Shown piece after piece: positions 54,411-64,000 of a stretch of DNA of 64,000 bases. Each line of letters starts with the position of its first letter. Position 1 is the first letter of the stretch. Under the pieces are notes generated by a model. The model was not told where the DNA came from. It saw only the letters and a program-made list of their open reading frames with translations, and searched no databases. Source of the stretch: an uncultured candidatus Porisulfidus sp. (lineage in GTDB: Bacteria > Pseudomonadota > Gammaproteobacteria > Poriferisulfidales > Oxydemutatoraceae); NCBI GenBank assembly GCA_965215125.1, contig OZ244052.1:1024001-1088000 (forward strand), read 5' to 3'. Made by a program: the position numbers and the translations under genes.

Positions 54411-54632
54411 GGCGGACCATTCCCTTCCTTCGGAGGGGTGGCAGGCGCAGTAGAACCGCCGTTTGTTGCAGTAGCACAAACGGCGTGACTTATACAGAGC
54501 CTTAACGTGTTGGGTGGCGCATACATTACAAAATGCAATATCCGCCGATTGAGCCAGTAGGTCAATCGGCGTAACGTTGTGCAGAACCCATAACATATAT
54601 TACAAAATGTAAAGCCTTTCCATGGGGTGGTT
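54411..54632 (+). repeat. Most complete repeat family member (palindrome plus two hairpin-tail units)
   Basis: Hairpins at 54458-54484 and 54544-54570, each followed by gtrac..cagarcc..ata.attacaaaatg. Confidence 0.85.
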
Positions 54633-54661
54633 ATCAAATATGGAAACCATAAAATTATTAG

Positions 54662-55369
54662 CTAACAATGATCGAAAATTGTGCGGATTTGGGCTTGCAT
54701 TTGTGCTGCCGCCTCGGCCGGTGATGCGGCTTCGCGTATCGGTCTGCCGACCACGACATAATCTGCACCGTTCTCGAATGCTTGGGCTAAATCAACCGTG
54801 CGTTTTTGATCGTCCATATTAGCAACCGGGCGTATGCCGGGGACGATGATTAAGTGCTTAGAGCCGAGCACCTCTTTTAATGCCCGAGCTTCCAACCCGG
54901 ATGCGATAACGCCGTCGCACCCGACGGCAAGCGAACGTTGCGCACGCGACAACACCAATTCCCGCACACTGCACTTGAAGCCGAGCGCGTCTATATCGCT
55001 TTGGTCTAAGCTGGTCAGTGCCGTCACCGCGAGTATCTTCAAATCACCTTTCTCGGCACTCGCCGCCTTCAGCATGTCGTCGTTGCCGTGAACGGTCACA
55101 AAACTGTCACCGAAATGTCGTAAACCTTTAACCGTTGCGGCAACCGTGCGCGGCACATCGAATAGTTTTAGATCTAGGAATATCTTTTTACCTTGCGCTC
55201 GCAATTCCTCCGCCAATGCGAAGTATTCTCCGCATGCAAGTAACTCCAAACCCAGTTTGTAGAAACTCACCGTATCGCCTAAGGCTGCAACCAGTTCTCT
55301 TGCCTGAGCCGCAGTTGTCACATCGAGGGCAAAAATTAGGCGGTCGGCAGTGGGGATTTCGTCGTTCAA
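54662..55369 (-). CDS. pyrF: Orotidine-5'-phosphate decarboxylase
   Basis: LIFALD, FLDLKLFDVPRTV, VTALTS, PGIRP, VVGRPI. Confidence 0.95.
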   Translation of the reverse strand: MNDEIPTADRLIFALDVTTAAQARELVAALGDTVSFYKLGLELLACGEYFALAEELRAQGKKIFLDLKLFDVPRTVAATVKGLRHFGDSFVTVHGNDDMLKAASAEKGDLKILAVTALTSLDQSDIDALGFKCSVRELVLSRAQRSLAVGCDGVIASGLEARALKEVLGSKHLIIVPGIRPVANMDDQKRTVDLAQAFENGADYVVVGRPIREAASPAEAAAQMQAQIRTIFDHC

Positions 55370-55374
55370 TTGCT

Positions 55375-55875
55375 TTAGGTTGAGCTATCAATGACCTCTA
55401 TGCGGAGCGGAGCGGGACCTCTGAGTTTAATATGTTGTCCCTCGCGCAAATCTACCGTTGTGCCGACGATGTCGGCACAAATCGGCATTTCTCTTCCGCC
55501 TCTGTCTATCATGATTGCCAAGCTGACGGTTGCGGCGCGTCCGTAATCGGCAATTTCGTTCAGTGCGGCGCAGATTGTGCGCCCGCTGTGTATCACATCG
55601 TCGACCAAAATAATGTGCCGGTCGTCAAGGTTCGTATTGATTGCCGAAGGTTTAACCTGCGGGAAAGAGCTTATCCTACTAAAGTCGTCTCTATAAAAAT
55701 TAATATCCAGCAGCCCCATAGGTTCGTTGATTTTCAGTTGCTTATGAATGCGCTCGGCAACCCAAACCCCGCCGCTACGTATTCCCAAAATAATCGGGTC
55801 GTTTAATTGTCGGTGCGCTATCAAATGCCGTAATTGTTCCGACATTTCTGCTATCAGTTTTTCCGGTTCTTTCAT
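55375..55875 (-). CDS. pyrR: PyrR bifunctional regulator / uracil phosphoribosyltransferase
   Basis: LDINFYRDD, LVDDVIHSGRT, DRGGREMPI. Confidence 0.92.
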   Translation of the reverse strand: MKEPEKLIAEMSEQLRHLIAHRQLNDPIILGIRSGGVWVAERIHKQLKINEPMGLLDINFYRDDFSRISSFPQVKPSAINTNLDDRHIILVDDVIHSGRTICAALNEIADYGRAATVSLAIMIDRGGREMPICADIVGTTVDLREGQHIKLRGPAPLRIEVIDSST

Positions 55876-55883
55876 TCTGTCAT

Positions 55884-56351
55884 TTAACGGGTTGTCGTTT
55901 GCTGCGCCTCAAACCAGCTTTCCAATATCAAGGCAGCAGCAACTTTGTCAATGTCCGAGCGTGCTATTCTACCAATTTCTCCTGCCGATCTTTGTTTTTT
56001 TAGTCTATGGTATGCTTCTATCGAGCTTAAGTATTCGTTGCCCTTGTCTACCGGCAGGTTGAAGTGCCGATCTAATCGGTTTATAAACCGGTTCAACTGA
56101 TTCAGCAGTTCGGGCGGTGAGTCGGAATCGGGATAACCGACTACGAAGCGGCACGGTTGCCAAATTTGACATATTTTGTCTATCGCTTGCCAGTCGGCTT
56201 GCCCTGCCTTACACGCAATAGTCTGCAAGGGTTGCGCAGTTGCCGTTTTGATATTGCCCACCGCACTACCGATATACTTCAGCCCGTAATCAAAAGCAAT
56301 CACATGTTCCGATGATACCGCTGCATCCCGTTTTATCTGTTTATCGTCCAT
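55884..56351 (-). CDS. ruvX: YqgF/RuvX pre-16S rRNA nuclease
   Basis: IAFDYGLKYIG, VVGYP, EYLSS, IDKVAAALILE. Confidence 0.9.
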   Translation of the reverse strand: MDDKQIKRDAAVSSEHVIAFDYGLKYIGSAVGNIKTATAQPLQTIACKAGQADWQAIDKICQIWQPCRFVVGYPDSDSPPELLNQLNRFINRLDRHFNLPVDKGNEYLSSIEAYHRLKKQRSAGEIGRIARSDIDKVAAALILESWFEAQQTTTR

Positions 56352-57367
56352 TAAACTTGAGACACCAGACGTTTTTCAATTGCATCGATGACATCGCTGC
56401 CGATGTCCAATGCGTATGCTCGGTTGATTTCCCTAACACAGGTGGGGCTTGTGATGTTGATCTCGGTTAAATAACCGGCAACCAAATCGATACCCACAAA
56501 CAGTAAGTCCAGTTCTCGCAGGCGCGGGGCGATGCGCTCGCAAACCGCATAGTCGTGGTCGTTCAATGCCACAGCCACACCCTTGCCTCCGGCAGCCAGA
56601 TTAGCCCTGAACTCGCCTTGTTGAGGCAGCCGGTTGAGCCCGTACGGCACCGGCGTGCCGTCTATCAATAGTACACGCTTATCACCCTCGCTATAATTCG
56701 GGATCAACTCTTGGATTAGGAGGGTCTTTTGTCCGTCGCAAAGCATTGTTTTGAGCAACTCGGACACATCGTCGTCGTTTCGGTTGACTCTGCATACCGA
56801 AGCCCCGCCCATTTCGTTCAGCGGTTTGACGATCGCTTGAGGATGCAACTCTAAAAAGTTTAGTAAATCGTCCAATGAATTACCGACCAGGGTCGGCGGT
56901 CCTAAATCGGAGAATTCCTGAGCGAGTATTTTCTCGTTGACCGACAACAGGCTACGCGGCGGGTTATACACCAATGTGCCGGCACGCTCGGCAAACATCA
57001 ATATGTGGCAGGTATATAGAAACTCGGTATCTACCGGTGGGTCGGAGCGCATCAATATCACATCCAGTTCGGATAAATCGATGTCTTTGGGTGCCGATAC
57101 TTCAAACCAGTGCCTCTGGTCTAAGGAAACCTTTAGACCTCGCGCATGTCCCTTTGCCCGACCTTGATACAAATGCAGGTCTTTGGGTTCAAAATAATAG
57201 AGTTGCCAGCCTTTTCTTTGCGCAGCCTCCAGCAAACATAGGGTAGTGTCTTTGAGCGGATTTATCTCGGCAATCGGGTTCATTACAACTCCCAGAGAAA
57301 CCGACCGATTGTTTGAGTGATTCATAAAGAAAATAAGGCAAATGTCATACGTGCTTTGAAATTCCAA
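56351..57367 (-). CDS. gshB: Glutathione synthetase
   Basis: KDTT, LMRSDPP, NEK, GDKRVLL, RANLAAGG, TEINITSPT; true start probably about 45 nt downstream. Confidence 0.95.
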   Translation of the reverse strand: MEFQSTYDICLIFFMNHSNNRSVSLGVVMNPIAEINPLKDTTLCLLEAAQRKGWQLYYFEPKDLHLYQGRAKGHARGLKVSLDQRHWFEVSAPKDIDLSELDVILMRSDPPVDTEFLYTCHILMFAERAGTLVYNPPRSLLSVNEKILAQEFSDLGPPTLVGNSLDDLLNFLELHPQAIVKPLNEMGGASVCRVNRNDDDVSELLKTMLCDGQKTLLIQELIPNYSEGDKRVLLIDGTPVPYGLNRLPQQGEFRANLAAGGKGVAVALNDHDYAVCERIAPRLRELDLLFVGIDLVAGYLTEINITSPTCVREINRAYALDIGSDVIDAIEKRLVSQV

Positions 57368-57491
57368 TCATATAACATCATATGCTCAACTACAAGCGAT
57401 ATAATGTCGGACACACATAGTACAATGACATATTTCTAAACAATATCGGGAGAAACTGCTACACCAAGCATGCGCAAGTACAAGGAGAACA

Positions 57492-58127
57492 ATGTATAGA
57501 GTTGATAGAAACAATTTTTATCGGCAACCGAAAAAGGCAACAATATACACGCCTGCCGGTGTGAGTCAATTCATTTATGATATCGTCTCGGACAAAATAG
57601 ATACAACGAAGCCGGTATTAGATCCGTGTGTGGGCAGTGGTTCATTGCTGAAACCTTTCCAACAAAACGGGTTTGAGGTGATCGGTATTGATATCGAATA
57701 TCAGGGTTTCCCGAAGACAGAAGTTAAAAACTACTTGAATATTCAAAAAGATGAGATCGAAAAGCCCGGTTTGGTGATAATGAACCCGCCTTTTAATATC
57801 GACAAAAAAACCAAGCAATATATAACGGCGCATTATGGTGGGCGACCGCTACTTCCCGAAGTGTGGCTACAAAAAGCCCTAGAATTATTCGGAAAAGATA
57901 TACCGATTATATTGTTCACACCCTACGGGTTGCGGCTTAATCAAATGGTGACAAGTCGCCGTTGGCAGAAGTTTGTATGCGGCGAATACCCGGAAATTAA
58001 ATCTATTATCAGCCTGCCGAAAGATATATTTGAAAGCATCCTATTCCATAGTGAAATTCTAATATTCAACATCGAAGGATTAAAAGGACACTATTTTTAT
58101 CACGACGGCAAGCCCTCGAAACATTAA
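57492..58127 (+). CDS. Small N6-adenine (amino) DNA methyltransferase
   Basis: YTP motif X, LDPCVGSGSL motif I, MNPPF motif IV; AGGAG RBS. Confidence 0.85.
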   Translation: MYRVDRNNFYRQPKKATIYTPAGVSQFIYDIVSDKIDTTKPVLDPCVGSGSLLKPFQQNGFEVIGIDIEYQGFPKTEVKNYLNIQKDEIEKPGLVIMNPPFNIDKKTKQYITAHYGGRPLLPEVWLQKALELFGKDIPIILFTPYGLRLNQMVTSRRWQKFVCGEYPEIKSIISLPKDIFESILFHSEILIFNIEGLKGHYFYHDGKPSKH

Positions 58128-58247
58128 AAAGGGTAGGTTGCGTTTGAGATTATAAGGTAAGATAGTTTTTATTTTCGAGTGAACAGATGTCTGACATAGC
58201 CTTGATGTATCCCATGAATAATCATACTATTATATGGATGGTCGGTA

Positions 58248-61200
58248 TTGGTTCGGCAATTGCTGGAGCAATTAAATATCTGTTCAGCACTAAATTTAGG
58301 GAGAATGTCAATGCCTAATGGAATAAATCCTGATGAAGTAAATAGGGTTGTCTACCTTATTCAATATCTGCAAAGGCTGGCAACTCTTCGCACAACGCTA
58401 ATTCAGGTTCAGGATGTCCACCAATACGAAGAAACAGGGAAGGTGCTTTGGCTATCGGACTGCCCGCATGAACAGGGAGTCTTCACACAGGCATGGGGAC
58501 GCGATGAGGAACACGACCAAGACGAATGGCTGGAAGTACAGCACCGACCGGAACCGCCACTACCCGCCGTTCCGGATCAATGTAAGGACTGGGAGAACCC
58601 TGAATCTCTCCGAAACGAAAATGACTTACCGGAACAACCGGAATTGCCTGATGCTCCGGATCAATGTGAAGACTGGGTGAACCCTGAATCCCTCCGAAAC
58701 AAGAATGACCGGCCTGAACTTTTTCCGGAGATCACCCGGCAAATTCCGAATCCCGACTGGCACGAGGATTCGGACAAGCCAGAAACCATTCCGCAGACCG
58801 AACGCCTTGAGGATTATCCCGAAGTTGGGCAGGAATGGGATCGCTATGTCGGAGATCAATGGTTATCGTGGATGGAAAGACATAATGCGTGGGAGAGAGA
58901 TCACAAGCCTAAACTTCTGTCGGAGATCATCCGACAAACTCCAAATCCTAATTGGCGCGAGGGATCGGACCAGCCGGAAACCATCCCGAAAACTGAACGC
59001 CTTGAGGATTATCCCGAAGTCAAACAAGCATGGGATCGCTATATCCAAGATAAATGGTTGCCGTGGACGAAAGAACATGCTGCGTGGAAGAGAGTCCACA
59101 GGGTTTATTCCACACTCTTTGCTATTTATCAGATGCAACTTCGGCTTGGTGAGGAATACGAACTTGTGCTTGGCTTGGGTCTGCTGACCTGGCAAACACC
59201 CACCGAACCGCGTGTCCGTCGTCATCTGATTGTTGCCGATGCCTTCTTGGAGTTTGAAGCTCACTTAGGAAAATTCATCGTTCGCCCCCATGCGGAAGGT
59301 GCCAAACTACGTCCCGAATTGGACATGTTGGAAATTAACGAACAACTATCAGACGCAGAAAAAAATGCAAGTAACGCATTGAGCCAAGCCGAAGACAATC
59401 CGTGGGAAAGAGGATGTGTCGAAAGTGTTCTTAACGCTCTGGTGCATTCAATCAACCCACAAGGCGAATATAGCAACACACTGAAAGCGAATGTCGCCTT
59501 CGCCCCAGAGCAGCCCATCGTGGAATATGCTCCTGCCCTGATCCTGCGCGAACGTTCCACTAAGGGTCTTATCAAGACCTTGGAGCGGATCAAGGAACAA
59601 ATTGAGAGCGGTGAGCGCATCCCCTGCGGATTTGCGGAACTTGCAGAAATCCATCCGCGGGATAACTCTTATTTAGGCGATGAGCCGGGAGATGCAAACG
59701 CTGCTTTCGATAACACTATTTTTGATGGTGAGATTTTCTTTCCCTTGTCATCGAATGAAGAGCAGCGCCGCATAGTGGAAAAAATACAAGAGGCAAAAGG
59801 TGTGCTTGTGCAAGGTCCTCCCGGCACTGGGAAATCTCATACCATTGCCAATTTGATATGCCATTTGCTTGCTACGGGAAAGCGAATACTCATTACTGCG
59901 AAGACATCGCATGCACTTCAGGTACTTTATAAGAAGCATTTGCCCACAGAGTTGCGCCCTCTCTGCATTAATCTGCTGGGCAGTGGTCGCGAGGGACACA
60001 ACGCTCTTGAAACGAGCGTGAGAGGCATTCTTCATAAGGCAGAAAATTGGATAGAGGAGCATGCCGAGCAAGACCGCAAGGACAAGAAAGACTGCCTGCA
60101 CACTCTCCGCAAGGAGGAAAAGGATAAGGACCGGCGGATACGTTCCATCCGGGAGTCCGAAACACGCTCGCAATCCATTGCGGAAAGAACCTATCGAGGA
60201 ACGGCAGCGAGAATCGCCGAAACGGTGGGCCGGGATCGTGCCAAATACAATTGGTTCACCGATGATGTTCGCTGGAACGAGGATTGGCCGCGCAACATTT
60301 CCACCAACCATTTACAAAGCGTACTTGCAGAGTTACGCCGATTCACACCGGAAATGCGCAAAGAACTGAAACTTGCATGGCCCCAAACTTTGCCATCTGC
60401 TGAGTACTTTGCCAATCTTGTGCAGAATGAGCAAAGCGCAATCCAAGAAGAGCAAAGTGTGGCGCATGGAGCCGACGAACAACTTGCCGATCGGTTGGGA
60501 ACAGATGACCGTTCGGTCATTAAGGCGATTCATAGAGCTTTCGAATCTTTTCAAGATACTCGCAGACAACTTTCAGCATCACCGTTTTTATGGATAAGTA
60601 ATGCCGAGCGCGATATTTTGGGCGGCAACTCGCGTCTGTGGCATCAACGCCTGCGTGTTACACGAGATGTTATTGCCTTGGTTGAAAAACTCGCCGAGAT
60701 CGCCGATGAGACCTCAATTGAATTCCCGGATACCTGCAACATCATATTGTTGTGTGACGATGCCCACAAACTGAAAGAGCATATAGAAAATGGTGGGAAG
60801 CTGGGCTGGGGGCTATTTCGGTCCAAACCGGTGAGAGATCGGCTGTATGTTATCAGGGATGTGAAGATTAATGGACACCCATGCTCTACGGTTGAGCATT
60901 TCACAAATCTTGCCGATGTGCTAGATGTTCGTATTGAATGTAAAAGAGCATGGGACGTCTGGGAAAAGCTAAGTGAAAGGATTGAAGGACCGTATGCTCT
61001 CCAGTTGGCTGAACTGCGGTCGCTGCATGATGCACTTGAAGATGCCTTGGCATTAGAAAAGCGCATTGCCAAGTGTCGTGCAGCGATAAACCAATGCGCC
61101 GGCATAGGTGAGCCTACCTGGTCGGACAAATCTGAAATTGAAAAGATCATCTTCTCGTGCCGCTTGGCCTTGGCTTGTATTGACAAGCAGCGTGCCAGTG

Positions 61201-63479
61201 AGGAAATCCATCGCATTGAGAATTCCATCTCTCGGGTAGGCACCGAGGAAGATGCTCATCCGGTGACAAACGATTTGCTGAATGCCATTCGCAGCCGTGA
61301 CACGGATGAGTTTACTCGGTGTGCGAACAAGATTCAGAATTTGGAAGAGCAATACCATAACCTTGAGGAGATGAACGAATCCCTCACACAACTACGAGAT
61401 GTACTTCCGCAGTTCACAAACTCTATGGAGGAAACCTACAACGAGCACCACTGGAAAGAGCGAATCGAACACATTGGTGATGCCTGGCACTGGAGACAGG
61501 CGCGACACTGGATTGAGGATTACATTAACAAGGAAGATGTCCCTGCACTCAACACGCGTGCCAAGGAAACCGAGAATAAGATAAACGATCTCATTGCCGA
61601 GCTTGCCTCTCTTCACGCTTGGTCATTCTGTGACGATCGGCTTGAGGATAACCATCGTCAGCATATGGTAGCCTGGCAACAAGCCATGGAACTGGTTGGT
61701 GCTGGGACGGGGAGACACGCGGCTCACCATCGGCGCGAGGCTCAAAGGCATCTGAATCAATGTCGTGAGGCAGTTCCGGCGTGGGTGATGCCACTGCATC
61801 GCGTTTGGGACACGGTGACACCCGCTCCCGAAATATTTGATGTGGTTATTGTTGACGAGGCTTCGCAATGTGGCATTGAAGCACTTCCTTTGTTCTATCT
61901 TGCCAAAAAGATAGTGATTGTCGGTGACGACAAGCAGATCAGCCCGGATGCTGTTGGCATTGACCAGACCTTAGTGCATCATTACGTGGGAGAGTTCCTT
62001 CAAGATTTCCAATTTAGAGATAGTTTTGATACTAAGAGCAGCCTGTTTGATCATGGGAGACGCCTGTGTCAATCTCAGCAAATCACATTGCGTGAGCACT
62101 TCCGCTGTATGCCGGAAATCATCCGTTTCAGCAACGATCTTTGCTATTCGGATACGCCATTGCTTCCCGTGAGACGACATGGTTTAGACCGGCTGCCGCC
62201 ACTTGAGCATGTTTTTTTAAACGGAGGGTATTGCGAAGGAAATGGCAACCGGATTATTAACCGACCGGAAGCCGAAAAAATTGTCGAAAAAATCGCCGAG
62301 ATGTGTGATGATCATCGCTACGATGGTAAGACGATGGGTGTGATAGTACTTCAAGGAGTAGCCCAACCGCGGTTTATTGAGAGTCAATTACTTGAACATC
62401 TGGGAGCCGAGGTAATGGAAGAGCGACGTTTAATCTGCGGCAATCCATACAGTTTTCAGGGCGACGAGCGAGACATCATATTCTTGTCACTTGTTGTAGC
62501 ACACAACATAAATTTCAACGCACGCACCACGGCACCAGATGTAAGGCGATTCAATGTCGCTGCCAGCCGTGCCCGCGACCAGATGATTCTTTTCCATTCT
62601 GTCATTTGTGACGATCTCAGCCGAAGAGATCTTCGGAGGAAGTTGCTTGAGTTCTTCCAAAATAAACAGCCACAGCAGATTGCTGGTACTGATATCAGTC
62701 CGGATGAGCTGGAGCTACGGGCACACCACGACAACCGACAAATCGTAGAACCACCCAAACCCTTTGAGAGCTGGTTCGAAGTTGATGTTGCCCTGGAACT
62801 ACAGCGCAAAAACTTTAGGTTTATACCTCAGTATGAATCTGCAGGCTACCGAATCGATTTACTAGTCGATGGCGGGCAGGCGCAACTTGCTGTTGAATGT
62901 GATGGCGATTATCATCACGGACCAGACCGTTATGATGCCGATATGCAACGCCAACGCCAGTTGGAGCGATGCGGTTGGCAATTCTTCCGGATCAGAGAGT
63001 CGAAATTCCGCCTCGACAAGGAGAACACGCTTGCCGAGCTCTGGCAGGCACTGGAAACCCGAGGCATCTTTCCACATTACGTTGCAGCCGAGCCTCACGA
63101 AGACGCTTCGGAGAGAGACGGTTTGAATGATTGCGAAGATGCTAACGAAAATGAGAATGAAGATTGCTCATCCGCCGACTCAGAAAATGAAGGCAGTCAA
63201 CCGGGTCACCCAATAGATGCAATAACGGAAGAGAAAATTAAGGACGCTATCATTTCTGCCTTATCGAGGCAACCTAATCAGTGGCATCCATTGCAATTGC
63301 AAGACATGACCAGGCTCGTTCTTAGAGAAGTGGGTGTGCAAACTCGTGGAAGACGACGGTTAGCCTTCGGAGAGAAAATTATGCGGATCATTGATACTCT
63401 TGAGAAAAACGGTCGCATTGAAAAACACATAAACAATCGAGAGATCAGGCTGATAAATTCAATGACACCAAGCGGCTAA
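58248..63479 (+). CDS. Large SF1 (Upf1/DNA2-like) helicase fused to a Vsr/DUF559-like PD-(D/E)XK nuclease
   Basis: QGPPGTGKS, VDEASQ, VGDDKQ, LREHFRC, FQGDERD, RFNVAASRA; ESWFE..YRIDL..VECDG..H..D..RQ..LE..GW..FRI; start probably 58305 or 58311. Confidence 0.88.
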   Translation: MVRQLLEQLNICSALNLGRMSMPNGINPDEVNRVVYLIQYLQRLATLRTTLIQVQDVHQYEETGKVLWLSDCPHEQGVFTQAWGRDEEHDQDEWLEVQHRPEPPLPAVPDQCKDWENPESLRNENDLPEQPELPDAPDQCEDWVNPESLRNKNDRPELFPEITRQIPNPDWHEDSDKPETIPQTERLEDYPEVGQEWDRYVGDQWLSWMERHNAWERDHKPKLLSEIIRQTPNPNWREGSDQPETIPKTERLEDYPEVKQAWDRYIQDKWLPWTKEHAAWKRVHRVYSTLFAIYQMQLRLGEEYELVLGLGLLTWQTPTEPRVRRHLIVADAFLEFEAHLGKFIVRPHAEGAKLRPELDMLEINEQLSDAEKNASNALSQAEDNPWERGCVESVLNALVHSINPQGEYSNTLKANVAFAPEQPIVEYAPALILRERSTKGLIKTLERIKEQIESGERIPCGFAELAEIHPRDNSYLGDEPGDANAAFDNTIFDGEIFFPLSSNEEQRRIVEKIQEAKGVLVQGPPGTGKSHTIANLICHLLATGKRILITAKTSHALQVLYKKHLPTELRPLCINLLGSGREGHNALETSVRGILHKAENWIEEHAEQDRKDKKDCLHTLRKEEKDKDRRIRSIRESETRSQSIAERTYRGTAARIAETVGRDRAKYNWFTDDVRWNEDWPRNISTNHLQSVLAELRRFTPEMRKELKLAWPQTLPSAEYFANLVQNEQSAIQEEQSVAHGADEQLADRLGTDDRSVIKAIHRAFESFQDTRRQLSASPFLWISNAERDILGGNSRLWHQRLRVTRDVIALVEKLAEIADETSIEFPDTCNIILLCDDAHKLKEHIENGGKLGWGLFRSKPVRDRLYVIRDVKINGHPCSTVEHFTNLADVLDVRIECKRAWDVWEKLSERIEGPYALQLAELRSLHDALEDALALEKRIAKCRAAINQCAGIGEPTWSDKSEIEKIIFSCRLALACIDKQRASEEIHRIENSISRVGTEEDAHPVTNDLLNAIRSRDTDEFTRCANKIQNLEEQYHNLEEMNESLTQLRDVLPQFTNSMEETYNEHHWKERIEHIGDAWHWRQARHWIEDYINKEDVPALNTRAKETENKINDLIAELASLHAWSFCDDRLEDNHRQHMVAWQQAMELVGAGTGRHAAHHRREAQRHLNQCREAVPAWVMPLHRVWDTVTPAPEIFDVVIVDEASQCGIEALPLFYLAKKIVIVGDDKQISPDAVGIDQTLVHHYVGEFLQDFQFRDSFDTKSSLFDHGRRLCQSQQITLREHFRCMPEIIRFSNDLCYSDTPLLPVRRHGLDRLPPLEHVFLNGGYCEGNGNRIINRPEAEKIVEKIAEMCDDHRYDGKTMGVIVLQGVAQPRFIESQLLEHLGAEVMEERRLICGNPYSFQGDERDIIFLSLVVAHNINFNARTTAPDVRRFNVAASRARDQMILFHSVICDDLSRRDLRRKLLEFFQNKQPQQIAGTDISPDELELRAHHDNRQIVEPPKPFESWFEVDVALELQRKNFRFIPQYESAGYRIDLLVDGGQAQLAVECDGDYHHGPDRYDADMQRQRQLERCGWQFFRIRESKFRLDKENTLAELWQALETRGIFPHYVAAEPHEDASERDGLNDCEDANENENEDCSSADSENEGSQPGHPIDAITEEKIKDAIISALSRQPNQWHPLQLQDMTRLVLREVGVQTRGRRRLAFGEKIMRIIDTLEKNGRIEKHINNREIRLINSMTPSG

Positions 63480-63675
63480 GGTTATGCAAAATATCACGCC
63501 ACCTGTTTTGATATATGTAGGCTTACACAGGTACGTGCCTGCATCCACAAATATATCTTTTATAGTACAATCGGGCGTATCAGTACGAAGGAAGGTTTTT
63601 TATGTCAAATCACGACGGCAAAGTTTGTCGACGGGATTATAATAGTAATTTACAGATAACAAAGGGAGATTAAAG

Positions 63676-63912
63676 TTGTTAGGAATAGCACTTTACAACG
63701 CATTAACAAAGCTAGGATTAAACCATGAAGAAGCAAAGGAAGCAGTTGCAGATGTTGCGAGTACAAAGGATGTGGCAACTAAGACGGATATAGTGCGAAT
63801 GGAAGGGGTTTTCAACGCGAGATTAGCAAAGGTAGAAATCGAACTGAAAAATTTGCGATGGTTGATAGTGATAGTGGTAGGTGTTGCCGTTGGAATAATC
63901 AAATATCTATAA
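63676..63912 (+). CDS. Small DUF1640/CCDC90-like coiled-coil protein with a C-terminal TM
   Basis: IALYNALTKLG..EEA..DVATKTDI; GGGAG RBS; paralogue of 47823. Confidence 0.65.
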   Translation: MLGIALYNALTKLGLNHEEAKEAVADVASTKDVATKTDIVRMEGVFNARLAKVEIELKNLRWLIVIVVGVAVGIIKYL

Positions 63913-64000
63913 GGAAGTGGCAACGAAGGCAGACCTAAAAGAAGAGCTAGCAGAACTAAAGGCAGACAACAAAGCAATAAAATGGTTGTTAGGTTTATTA

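Overview
A 64-kb chromosomal window from a gammaproteobacterium. The gene content suggests a host-associated sulfur oxidiser; this is an inference from dsrOP, a type III secretion sub-cluster, and Sel1, LRR and FGE surface proteins. Housekeeping blocks are dsrOP, pyrB-pyrC'-pyrK-yggS, dsbA-cytochrome c4, hslVU-DUF971-ubiEJB-uvrD, a TRAP transporter, thrB, a complete atp operon and gshB-ruvX-pyrR-pyrF. A modular palindromic repeat family sits at nearly every junction between these blocks. Main highlights: (1) a partial injectisome operon with a fused HAMP-PP2C-RsbW-type regulator between sctL and sctN, and a ruler protein carrying a 4x75-nt tandem repeat; (2) a diverged second copy of atpG'-atpD-atpC bracketing a Sel1/IS island; (3) a nested repeat > MITE > REP pair > IS1111-type element whose non-coding region contains short matches to its own target and donor (a bridge/seekRNA candidate); (4) an FGE/C-lectin gene with a DGR-like variable region but no template repeat or reverse transcriptase in the window; (5) a covarying bulged NGTA hairpin repeat; (6) a small N6-MTase next to a 1700-aa SF1 helicase-nuclease, a candidate defence pair. 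All calls are by eye from motifs and synteny; no searches were run.
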